From Xanthomonas campestris pv. campestris str. ATCC 33913 (lineage in GTDB: Bacteria > Pseudomonadota > Gammaproteobacteria > Xanthomonadales > Xanthomonadaceae), in NCBI RefSeq assembly GCF_000007145.1, contig NC_003902.1, positions 2,017,436 to 2,049,435 of the forward strand: a stretch of DNA of 32,000 bases, read 5' to 3'. Position 1 is the stretch's first letter, and each line of letters starts with the position of its first letter. The position numbers and the translations under genes are program-made. The notes under the pieces were generated by a model, which was not told the DNA's origin, did no database searches, and saw nothing but the letters and a program-made list of their open reading frames with translations. Shown in pieces: positions 1 to 7,205 of the stretch.

Positions 1-1
1 G

Positions 2-844
2 GATGCCTGGCGACGGCTGCTGGAGCAGCAGCTGCACGGCGGTGTCCAGGGAATCGTGGTTGCCGGCTCGACCGGCGAAGCGGCGGCACTGAGCGACGAC
101 GAGTACGACACGCTGGTGCGTGCGGCCGTGGCACAGGTGGCCGGTCGTGTGCAGGTACTGGCTGGCACCGGGCTCTCCGGTACCGCAAAAACCATCGCGC
201 AGACCCGCCGTGCCGCCACGCTGGGCGCGCAGTACGCGCTGGTGGTGACGCCGCCTTACGTGCGGCCCACCCAGGCCGGCCTGCTGGCGCACTTCCAGGC
301 GGTTGCCGACAACGGCGGCCTGCCGGTGGTGCTGTACAACGTGCCGGGCCGTACCGGCTGCGACCTGCTGCCGGAAACGGTCGCCGCGCTGGTGAGCCAC
401 CCGAACATCGTCGGCATCAAGGAAGCGCGCAGCGAACCGGAGCGGGTTGCCGCGCTGGTGGCCATGCGCAGCGACAGATTCGTGGTGCTCAGCGGTGACG
501 ACGGCAGCGCCGCCCAGTCAATGCTGGCCGGCGCCGACGGCCTGGTGTCGGTGGCGTCCAACGCGCTGCCGTCGGCCTACCGCCGGCTCTGCGATCTGGC
601 CCGCACTGGTCAGCACGAGGCCGCCAACGCCTGGGACACGCGTCTGAGCGAGTACCACAGCTTCTGCGGCATCGAATCCAATCCCATCCCCGTCAAGGCG
701 CTGCTGCAGCGCGCCGGGATCGGCCACGGCCTGCGCTTGCCGTTGCTGCCACTTTCTGCGGCCCATCAGCCGGCCGCCGACCGCCTTGCCGCCAACGCAG
801 TTGCGTTGGAAGCGCTTTCCAGCCGCGAAATGCTCGCGGCCTGA
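2..844 (+). CDS. dapA: 4-hydroxy-tetrahydrodipicolinate synthase (DapA), 5' end cut by the window edge
   Basis: The frame is open from nt 2, ahead of the track start at 56. The translation ...[23 protein letters not shown]...[13 protein letters not shown]...IVGIKEA... matches DapA-family class I aldolase motifs (TGE, YNxPxRTG, and the Lys in GIKE). Confidence 0.9.
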   Translation, partial: DAWRRLLEQQLHGGVQGIVVAGSTGEAAALSDDEYDTLVRAAVAQVAGRVQVLAGTGLSGTAKTIAQTRRAATLGAQYALVVTPPYVRPTQAGLLAHFQAVADNGGLPVVLYNVPGRTGCDLLPETVAALVSHPNIVGIKEARSEPERVAALVAMRSDRFVVLSGDDGSAAQSMLAGADGLVSVASNALPSAYRRLCDLARTGQHEAANAWDTRLSEYHSFCGIESNPIPVKALLQRAGIGHGLRLPLLPLSAAHQPAADRLAANAVALEALSSREMLAA

Positions 845-860
845 CCCAGGAGATCTATCG

Positions 861-1379
861 ATGCGTCATTCCGTTTCCCCCGTCCGCGTGCTCTCGCTCG
901 CGTTGCTGGCGACCGCCACCGTCGCCGCCACGAACGGCTGCAGCTGGTTCCACAAGGGCGCGCGCGGCGACTATGCGCTGGCCCCGGAGGCACGTCCGCT
1001 GGAAGTGCCGCCGGATCTGAACCTGCCCGACACCTCCGGTGCCATGAAGGTGCCGACGCTGGCGTCCACCACCCAGCAGAACGCCAACACGCCGCCATCG
1101 GCCAGCGCCAACAGCGGCTTCACCGTGCCGGGCGAGCGCGATGCGGTGTTTGCCAAGGTGGGCGACGCGCTGGCCGATATCCCGGGCCTGACCATCGCCA
1201 GCAAGGCGCAGATGCTGGGCTCCTACGACGTCACCTACGAGGGCGCCAGCTTCCTGGTGCGCGTGGTCAAGGTCGAAGCCGGCAGCTACGTCTCGGCGGT
1301 TGATCCGCGCGGCATGCCTGCCACTGCGGCGGCGCCGGTGGCGTTGATCGCCTCGCTGAAGGGCAAGCTGGGCGGCTGA
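861..1379 (+). CDS. small lipoprotein, 172 aa, in the position that BamC/NlpB occupies downstream of dapA in enterobacteria
   Basis: ATG at 861 lies 8 nt after AGGAG (848-852). The signal peptide ends in the lipobox ATNGC (MRHSVSPVRVLSLALLATATVAATNGC). The BamC-like call rests only on synteny with dapA and a Pro-rich LEVPPDL stretch. Confidence 0.6.
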   Translation: MRHSVSPVRVLSLALLATATVAATNGCSWFHKGARGDYALAPEARPLEVPPDLNLPDTSGAMKVPTLASTTQQNANTPPSASANSGFTVPGERDAVFAKVGDALADIPGLTIASKAQMLGSYDVTYEGASFLVRVVKVEAGSYVSAVDPRGMPATAAAPVALIASLKGKLGG

Positions 1380-1402
1380 GGCCGGTTGGCAGTGCAGACA
1401 GC

Positions 1403-1429
1403 AAAACGGGCGCCCAGGGCGCCCGTTTT
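1403..1429. terminator. bidirectional rho-independent terminator between the convergent lipoprotein gene and fdxA
   Basis: The sequence is aaaaCGGGCGCC-cag-GGCGCCCGtttt. It forms a perfect GC stem flanked by an A-run on the left and a T-run on the right, in the 76-nt gap between two convergent stop codons. Confidence 0.8.
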
Positions 1430-1455
1430 GTATTTGCGGCCGGCGGCGCTACGGA

Positions 1456-1779
1456 TCAGCGCTGCAGCAGCGGCAATTTGTCCGGCTTGCCGTCCCACTC
1501 GGCGGCGTCGGGCAACGGCTCCTGGCGCACTGTCAGCACCGGCCAGGCCTTGGCCAGCTCGGCGTTGAGGGCAACGAAGGCTTCCTGTCCCGCCGGCACG
1601 TCGTCCTCGGGATAGATCGCGTTGGCCGGGCACTCAGGCTCGCACAGGGTGCAATCGATGCACTCATCCGGGTCGATGACCAGAAAGTTCGGGCCTGCGT
1701 GGAAGCAATCCACCGGACAGACCTCGACGCAGTCGGTGTATTTGCACTTGATGCAGTTTTCGGTGACAACAAAAGGCAT
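1456..1779 (-). CDS. fdxA: 7Fe (3Fe-4S plus 4Fe-4S) ferredoxin, Azotobacter FdxA type, 107 aa
   Basis: The protein reads [62 protein letters not shown], with the CxxCxxxxCxxxCP and CxxCxxCxxxCP cluster motifs. I placed the start at the internal ATG (1779) because this family begins with PFVVT. Confidence 0.9.
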   Translation of the reverse strand: MPFVVTENCIKCKYTDCVEVCPVDCFHAGPNFLVIDPDECIDCTLCEPECPANAIYPEDDVPAGQEAFVALNAELAKAWPVLTVRQEPLPDAAEWDGKPDKLPLLQR

Positions 1780-1956
1780 GGCAACTTCCGGCGTTAAGCC
1801 GCGCAATTCTAAAGCAGTCGCGTGGTGGGTGTGCGGGTGAGGCGTGATCTTGCAGTGATTTGGCGGTGCGGGGGCGGTTGGCGGTGCTGCCGCCTCGCGC
1901 GCCCTACGCGTGCGGCGCGGGCATTAGGGCGAACGCGCGCTGGGGGCCCGCAGCCG

Positions 1957-1984
1957 CGCCTCCTCGCCTCACCGCGAGAAGGCG
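1957..1984 (-). terminator. candidate terminator hairpin downstream of dgoK
   Basis: An 11-bp stem (CGCCTCCTCGC / GCGAGAAGGCG, one G-U pair) with a 6-nt loop sits 10 nt past the dgoK stop. No U-tract follows, so function is uncertain. Confidence 0.35.
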
Positions 1985-1993
1985 TTGCCGAGG

Positions 1994-2872
1994 TCAGGCA
2001 AGGCCGCGCTGTTGCGCGAGCGCGAACAGGCCGGCGGCGGCCAGGTCTTCCGGGTGCAGCTGGGAGGTCACGCCCAGGTGCTGCAACGCCAGTGCGTAGC
2101 GCTGGGCCAGGGCGGGGCTGCCGACCAGGTGCACCGCGCGGTGATCGCCGCGGTGGTCGCGCAGTTCGTGGCCGATCAGCAGGCCCGAGAGGTAGGACGG
2201 CAGTGCCTGCGCGGGCAGGCGCTCGAACAGCCCCAGGGTGCGGGCACCGAACAGGTGATGGCTCAGCCCACCGGGCTCGGCGCTGCGCGTCACGCCCTGC
2301 AGGAAGGCGCCCTCATCCAGGCTGCCGCCGTCGTCCTGCATCAGCTTGCCCAGGATGCTGTGCTGGCGGAGCAGGGCATACAGCTCGCCGGTCATGACGG
2401 TGGCAAAGTCGGTGAGCTGGCCGTGCGCCAGGCGGGCCCATTTGCTGTGGGTGCCGGGCAGGCAGGCGATGTGTTCGCCGTCGCCAAGCGCGGCGAGCAG
2501 GCCCACCAATTGGGTTTCTTCGCCGCGCATCACATCCGGGGTGCCGTCGCGTTCGCCGACGCTGACGCCGGGCACGAACCACAGCGTGCGGCCGGGGAGC
2601 AGGTCGTCGTAGCGCTGCATTGCCTGGGCCAGCGCCGCGGTGTCGGCCGGGCAGGGCAGGTAGGCCTGTTCCACCCAGCCATTGCGGCTGCCGATCATGC
2701 CCGACAGCAGTACCGGGCCGTCCCAGCCGGTGATCAGCGCTTCCAGCACCGCGTTGAAGCGGCCCTGGCAGGCCAGGATGCCGTCGGCGCCGCGGCGGTG
2801 GTCGCGCACCTGGCCATCGGGCCCGAGCAGATAACCGCGCAGGCTGCTGGTGCCCCAATCAATCGCGATCAT
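1994..2872 (-). CDS. dgoK: 2-dehydro-3-deoxygalactonokinase
   Basis: [15 protein letters not shown]...VMRGEETQLVG...LPGTHSKWA...FATVMTGELYALL is colinear with E. coli DgoK (IAIDWGSTNLR, VMRGEETQLIG, MPGTHCKWV, FRTVMTGELHHLL). The start ATG overlaps the upstream stop as ATGA. Confidence 0.9.
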   Translation of the reverse strand: MIAIDWGTSSLRGYLLGPDGQVRDHRRGADGILACQGRFNAVLEALITGWDGPVLLSGMIGSRNGWVEQAYLPCPADTAALAQAMQRYDDLLPGRTLWFVPGVSVGERDGTPDVMRGEETQLVGLLAALGDGEHIACLPGTHSKWARLAHGQLTDFATVMTGELYALLRQHSILGKLMQDDGGSLDEGAFLQGVTRSAEPGGLSHHLFGARTLGLFERLPAQALPSYLSGLLIGHELRDHRGDHRAVHLVGSPALAQRYALALQHLGVTSQLHPEDLAAAGLFALAQQRGLA

Positions 2873-3780
2873 GCGCTGGTCACCCGGCTTTCGGGCAGGC
2901 CGCGCACCGGCAGGTCGCAGAGGTACAGGCCGCCGGCCTGCGGGGTCTGTGCCAGCTCGGCATCGCTATGGTCCAGGCGCGAGCTGATCACGTGCAGACG
3001 GTCCAGTGCGGCACCGCCGAAGGCACTGCAGGTGGGGTGCTTGACCGGCATCTGCACGATGCGCTCCACGCTGCCGTCCGGGCGATACCGCACCACGCGC
3101 CAGGCGCGCCATTGCGCGTTCCACAGGTGGCCGGCGTTGTCGATGATGGAGCCATCCGGCTCGGCGTCGTCGCGATCCAGGGTGGTGAACACGCGCGTGT
3201 TGCTGGTTTGCGCGGTGTCCGGGTCGTAATCGCAGCGCAGGATCTGCGGGCGCACCGAATCGCAGTAGTACAGCGTGCGGCCATCCGGGCTGAAGCAGAT
3301 CGAGTTGGGAATGGACACGCCCGGCAACGGCAGACGACGCAGCCCGTGGCGCAGCGAGAACTGGTACATCGCCCCGCGCCCGGCCTTGTCTTCGTGCTCG
3401 TCCATGGTGCCGAACACGAAGTTGCCATGGCGATCGGCGCGGCCGTCATTGCTGCGCGTGAGCGGGTTGTCGGCTTCGACATCGGCCAGATGGTCGAGCG
3501 GCAGCGTGTCGCCGTCGGCATTGTCCGGGTCGGCGATGCAGATGGCCTTGGCCAGCGCGATCAGCAGGCGGCCATCGTCCATCAGGCCGATGCAGCCCGG
3601 GCGGTCGGGCAGTGTCCAGAAGCGCGTCTGCGCGCTGCCCGGATGATGCCGCCACAGGCGTTTTTCGCTGATGTCCACCCAATACAGCGCTTCACGCTGC
3701 TCGCACCACAGCACGCCTTCGCCATGCGTGCAGCGGCTGTCGACGGCCAGGACGGCGGTGTAGTCGGCGGTGCTCACCAT
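2869..3780 (-). CDS. SMP-30/gluconolactonase/LRE-family lactonase, probably a galactonolactonase, 303 aa
   Basis: [37 protein letters not shown]... shows the HGEG and LYWVDI beta-propeller lactonase signature. I placed the start at the internal ATG 3780, which overlaps the dgoD stop as ATGGTGA. The longer track ORF (to 4182) would run antisense-free through dgoD and is Arg-rich. Confidence 0.8.
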   Translation of the reverse strand: MVSTADYTAVLAVDSRCTHGEGVLWCEQREALYWVDISEKRLWRHHPGSAQTRFWTLPDRPGCIGLMDDGRLLIALAKAICIADPDNADGDTLPLDHLADVEADNPLTRSNDGRADRHGNFVFGTMDEHEDKAGRGAMYQFSLRHGLRRLPLPGVSIPNSICFSPDGRTLYYCDSVRPQILRCDYDPDTAQTSNTRVFTTLDRDDAEPDGSIIDNAGHLWNAQWRAWRVVRYRPDGSVERIVQMPVKHPTCSAFGGAALDRLHVISSRLDHSDAELAQTPQAGGLYLCDLPVRGLPESRVTSA

Positions 3781-4922
3781 TCGGCGATGCTGCCGTCGGC
3801 GTGACGCCACACCGGGTTGCGCCAGTCCGGCGGATTTTCGTTTGCGCGCTTGAGCATGTCTTCGTTGATCTCCACACCGAGCCCGGGCTTGGGCAGTGCG
3901 GCAATGCTGCCATCCACACAGTGAAAATCTTCTTTGTTGATGACGTAATCGAGCAGGTCGGCGCCTTCGTTGTAGTGGATGCCGATGCTCTGTTCCTGCA
4001 GCACGGCATTGTGCGAAACGAAGTCCACGTGCAGGCAGGCAGCCAGCGCGATCGGGCCGAGCGGGCAGTGTGGTGCGAAGCCCACATCGTAGGCTTCGGC
4101 CATGGCGGCGATCTTGACGCACTCGGTGATGCCACCGGCATGCGACAGGTCCGGCTGCACCATGCCGATGCCGCCGGCGCACAGCACGTTCTTGAACTCG
4201 AAGCGCGAGAACATGCGCTCGCCGGCAGCCAACGGAATGCAGGTGCTCGCGGCCAGGCGCGGGTAGTACTCGGCCTGTTCGGCCAGCACCGGTTCTTCGA
4301 CGAACAGCGGCTTGAACGGTTCGAGCTCGCGCAGCAGCGCCTTGGCCATCGGCGCGCCGACGCGGCCGTGGAAGTCGATGCCGAAATCGATGCTATTGCC
4401 GAAGGTCTCGCGGATTTCGGCCACCTTGACCACTGCCGCATCGACCGCACGCGCGCTGTCGATCAGCTTCATTTCTTCGGTGCCGTTGAACTTGAAGGTG
4501 TCAAAGCCCAGCGCACGGTAATCGTTGATCTGCGCGATGATTGCGCCCGGGCGGTCGCCGCCGACCCAGCGGTAGGTCTTCATGCGATCACGCACCAGCC
4601 CGCCCAGCAGCTCGTACACCGGCACGCCAAGCGCCTTGCCCTTGATGTCCCACAGCGCCTGGTCGATGCCGGCGATGGCGCTCATCAAAATAGCGCCGCC
4701 TCGGTAAAAGCCGGCGCGGTACATGGTCTGCCACAGGTCATTGATGCGGGCCGGATCCTTGCCGACCACGTAGCCGGCCAGCTCGTGCACGGCCGCTTCC
4801 ACGCTGCGCGCACGGCCTTCGATGACCGGCTCGCCCCAGCCGGTGATGCCCTCGTCGGTTTCGACCTTGAGGAACAACCAGCGCGGTGCGGCGTGGTAGG
4901 TGGTGAGGCGGGTGATCTTCAT
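3774..4922 (-). CDS. dgoD: D-galactonate dehydratase (enolase superfamily)
   Basis: [48 protein letters not shown]...[30 protein letters not shown] is near-identical in pattern to E. coli DgoD. Confidence 0.95.
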   Translation of the reverse strand: MKITRLTTYHAAPRWLFLKVETDEGITGWGEPVIEGRARSVEAAVHELAGYVVGKDPARINDLWQTMYRAGFYRGGAILMSAIAGIDQALWDIKGKALGVPVYELLGGLVRDRMKTYRWVGGDRPGAIIAQINDYRALGFDTFKFNGTEEMKLIDSARAVDAAVVKVAEIRETFGNSIDFGIDFHGRVGAPMAKALLRELEPFKPLFVEEPVLAEQAEYYPRLAASTCIPLAAGERMFSRFEFKNVLCAGGIGMVQPDLSHAGGITECVKIAAMAEAYDVGFAPHCPLGPIALAACLHVDFVSHNAVLQEQSIGIHYNEGADLLDYVINKEDFHCVDGSIAALPKPGLGVEINEDMLKRANENPPDWRNPVWRHADGSIAEW

Positions 4923-5557
4923 CCTTGCAGTTCCTGGTAAGCCTGCACAAAGGCGCGTGCATGCGTCTGGGTTGTTTCGAGGGATTGGCCGGGTTTGTAC
5001 AGTTCGCCGCCGATGCCGGCGCCGGCGGCGCCCTGCGCCATGAAGCCGGCCAGGGTCTGCGGGCTCACTCCGCCGACCACGTAAACCGGCACGTGGGTCG
5101 GCAGCACCGAGCGCAAGGCGCGCACATGCGCCGCGCCATAGGTGGCCGCGGGGAACAGTTTGAGGATCTGCGCGCCGGCGTCGATGGCATCGAAGGCTTC
5201 GCTGGCGGTGGCAAAGCCGGCCACCACGGTCAGCCCGCGCGACACCGCATGGCGGATCAGCGAAGGCTTGGTATTGGGGGTGACGATGAAACGCGCGCCG
5301 ATCCCGGCCAGCGTGTCGACGTCTTCGTTGCGCAGCACGGTGCCGGCGCCGATCCAGGCGCGCGCGCCGTAGCGCTGCTGCGCCAGGGCAATGCTCTCGG
5401 CCCAGCGTGGCGAGTTGAGCGGGATCTCGATCGCGTCGAATCCGGCGTCGATCAAGGCACCGACATGCGCCAGCGTGTCTTCCGGGGTGATGCCACGCAG
5501 GATGGCGACCAGCGGCAGGGCGAACGGGTTGAACACGGGGGTGGTGGATGCAGTCAT
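4919..5557 (-). CDS. dgoA: 2-dehydro-3-deoxy-6-phosphogalactonate aldolase, 212 aa
   Basis: From the internal ATG 5557 the protein reads [50 protein letters not shown]...GAGTVL...IVTPN...KLFPA, colinear with E. coli DgoA. Its stop overlaps the dgoD start as ATGA. The upstream extension in the track is Pro/Ala/Arg-rich and implausible. Confidence 0.9.
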   Translation of the reverse strand: MTASTTPVFNPFALPLVAILRGITPEDTLAHVGALIDAGFDAIEIPLNSPRWAESIALAQQRYGARAWIGAGTVLRNEDVDTLAGIGARFIVTPNTKPSLIRHAVSRGLTVVAGFATASEAFDAIDAGAQILKLFPAATYGAAHVRALRSVLPTHVPVYVVGGVSPQTLAGFMAQGAAGAGIGGELYKPGQSLETTQTHARAFVQAYQELQG

Positions 5558-5715
5558 CGGGTTACTCGCACTAGAGCGGAATACAGCCATCGACGGCCAG
5601 GCGGCCCTCGATGTCGGGGGAAGGGGCGCGGCTGCGCGATCGGGCAGGGCAGGCGGTGCGCGTTGCAGACCCGGGCACGGCGGCGGCGGCGCGGCGCACG
5701 CTACGGCTGGCCGGC

Positions 5716-5729
5716 GCGGCAATTGCCGC
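5716..5729. promoter_or_regulatory. 14-bp perfect palindrome in the dgoA/LysR divergent intergenic region, a candidate operator
   Basis: GCGGCAATTGCCGC is its own reverse complement. It lies about 160 bp upstream of the dgoA ATG inside a 419-bp non-coding gap. A regulatory role is inferred only. Confidence 0.3.
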
Positions 5730-5925
5730 AAGCACGGGCGCAGGCCGGCTGCCTGCGGTTGGCCGGCAAGATGGCGTCATCGTCTTCCTCCTCGGCGGTC
5801 ATGGCATCCGCGTGTTGCCGCCATCTGGCGGGCAACCACGACTGTTCTGGCCGCGCCCGGGAGGTAGGGGCTCCTGCTGCGGCGCTCGATAGCCTCGCGC
5901 GGGGAGATATGTGCTGCAAATGAAA

Positions 5926-5936
5926 TTTTCGGCATA
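5926..5936. promoter_or_regulatory. TTTTCGGCATA motif, copy 1, in an AT-rich patch upstream of the LysR gene
   Basis: The 11-mer lies in the only AT-rich stretch (5905-5960) of the intergenic region. The identical 11-mer recurs at 6972-6982, upstream of the first TonB-dependent receptor. Confidence 0.3.
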
Positions 5937-5976
5937 TTCTATTCCTCCGACGAATACACGTCCGCGACGGCACCCC

Positions 5977-6948
5977 ATGGCAAATTCCGGTACTCCCTGG
6001 TTCAACGCAGCCCGGCTCAAGACCCGCCAGCTGTTGTTGTTGTTGCATCTGCACGAACAGCGCTCGGTCCTGCGTGCGGCCGAGGCCGCCAGCATGACCC
6101 AGCCGGCCGCCTCCAAACTGCTGGCGGAAATGGAAGACATGCTCGGGGTGAAGCTATTTGAGCGCCACGCGCGCGGCGTGGAGCCCACCTGGTACGGGCA
6201 TGTGCTGATCCGCCGCGCCCGCGCGGCAATGTCGGAGATCGGCCGGGCGCAGGAAGAGATCGCCGCGTTGCGCGCCGGCCGCATGGGCCAGGCCTCGATC
6301 GGCACGGTGGTCAACCCGGGCACCAACCTGGTGCCGCAGGCCATCGCCGAGGTGAAGCGCGAGTTCCCCGACATCCTGGTGCGGGTGGAGATGGACTACA
6401 GCCGGCCGCTGGTGGCCAAGCTGCTGGATGGGCAGCTGGACATCGTGATCGGCCGCATCCTGGGGCCGGAAGGGGTGGGCGAGCTGGAATTCGAGCCGTT
6501 GGCCGACGAGCCGCATTCGGTGATCGCCCGCGCCGGCCACCCGCTGGCCAGCCGCGCCAACCTGCAGCACGCCGATCTGGTCCGCCACGGCTGGATCCTG
6601 CCGCCGGCCGACAGCGTGCTGCGCGCGCGGCTGGATTCGATGTTCATGGAGCACGGCGTGCAGACCCCGACCAATGCGATCGAGACCTCGTCGCTGCCGG
6701 TGACCTCCACCTTGTTGCGCGGCAGCGACATGCTGACCGCGCTGCCGGTGGAGTCGGTGGCGCCGCTGATCCAGGCCAAGTTGCTCACCGTGCTGCCGAT
6801 CGAATTGGGCGTGCGGATGGAGTCGTTCGGCATCATCCGTCGGCGCGATTACATCCTGCCGCCCGGCGCCGAGCGCATTTTGCAGGCCCTGCGCAGCACC
6901 GCACGTCGCCTGTACCCAGGCCTGCGCAGCCCGGAATCGCCTGTCTAA
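5977..6948 (+). CDS. LysR-family transcriptional regulator, 323 aa
   Basis: The N-terminal winged HTH reads LKTRQLLLLLHLHEQRSVLRAAEAASMTQPAASKLLAEMEDMLGVKLFERHARGV, followed by a periplasmic-binding-protein-like effector domain. I chose the start ATG 5977. GTG 5911 and ATG 5920 are alternatives, but codons 5920-5976 are A/T-ending, unlike the rest of the gene. Confidence 0.85.
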   Translation: MANSGTPWFNAARLKTRQLLLLLHLHEQRSVLRAAEAASMTQPAASKLLAEMEDMLGVKLFERHARGVEPTWYGHVLIRRARAAMSEIGRAQEEIAALRAGRMGQASIGTVVNPGTNLVPQAIAEVKREFPDILVRVEMDYSRPLVAKLLDGQLDIVIGRILGPEGVGELEFEPLADEPHSVIARAGHPLASRANLQHADLVRHGWILPPADSVLRARLDSMFMEHGVQTPTNAIETSSLPVTSTLLRGSDMLTALPVESVAPLIQAKLLTVLPIELGVRMESFGIIRRRDYILPPGAERILQALRSTARRLYPGLRSPESPV

Positions 6949-6971
6949 GCAGGCTCTTCCATTTCCATTCC

Positions 6972-7031
6972 TTTTCGGCATACTAGCCTGTGATTTTTTC
7001 ATTGGCTGGCGCTAGACCGGGCGCCTATACC
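6972..7031 (+). promoter_or_regulatory. candidate promoter region of TonB-dependent receptor 1
   Basis: The order is TTTTCGGCATAC, then 13 nt, then TTTCATTGG (with TTGGCT as a possible -35), then 18 nt, then TATACC as a possible -10. The same ordered blocks occur upstream of receptor 2. The hexamers are weak matches to sigma-70 consensus. Confidence 0.3.
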
Positions 7032-7184
7032 TGTGCGTCAGATCGCACGCTGAAGCGCACGTGAAGTCGGGCAAGTGATCGGCGGCCAAGCCGCCATGTA
7101 GTGGGAAGCGGAACCGGGCCCCAGTGCCCAGGTCCCATCGATCACGCGACCCCGTTGGTCGCGACAACCAGTCTTCAGTCGTCT

Positions 7185-7200
7185 TGCGTCCTGGGAGGGA
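7185..7200 (+). promoter_or_regulatory. conserved leader/RBS element TGCGTCCTGGGAGGGA, copy 1
   Basis: The 16-mer ends exactly 5 nt before the ATG at 7206 and contains a GGGAGGG Shine-Dalgarno sequence. It is identical to the 16-mer at 10435-10450. A 7-bp hairpin (7145-7163) lies 21 nt upstream. Confidence 0.5.
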
Positions 7201-7205
7201 TTCGG

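Noticed and set aside
1985-4940. Plus-strand ORFs 1985-3229 (414 aa) and 3801-4940 (379 aa), plus several shorter ones, opposite the dgo operon.
   Set aside because: They are antisense to dgoK, the lactonase and dgoD, which have strong homology-type motifs. They have a high Ala/Arg/Gly composition and no RBS or recognisable domains.
5571-6374. Small ORFs in the dgoA-LysR intergenic region (5611-5892 plus; 5571-5780, 5701-6054 and 5799-6374 minus), including a 33-aa acidic/Cys-rich tail, MTAEEEDDDAILPANRRQPACARACGNCRAGQP.
   Set aside because: There is no Shine-Dalgarno sequence, the ORFs overlap one another and the LysR gene, and their composition is what extreme GC alone would produce. I kept the region only as possible regulatory or sRNA space.
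7096-7101. A minimal start-stop ORF (ATG-TAG) in the receptor-1 leader.
   Set aside because: No Shine-Dalgarno sequence lies upstream and there is no equivalent in the receptor-2 leader. It is most likely chance.
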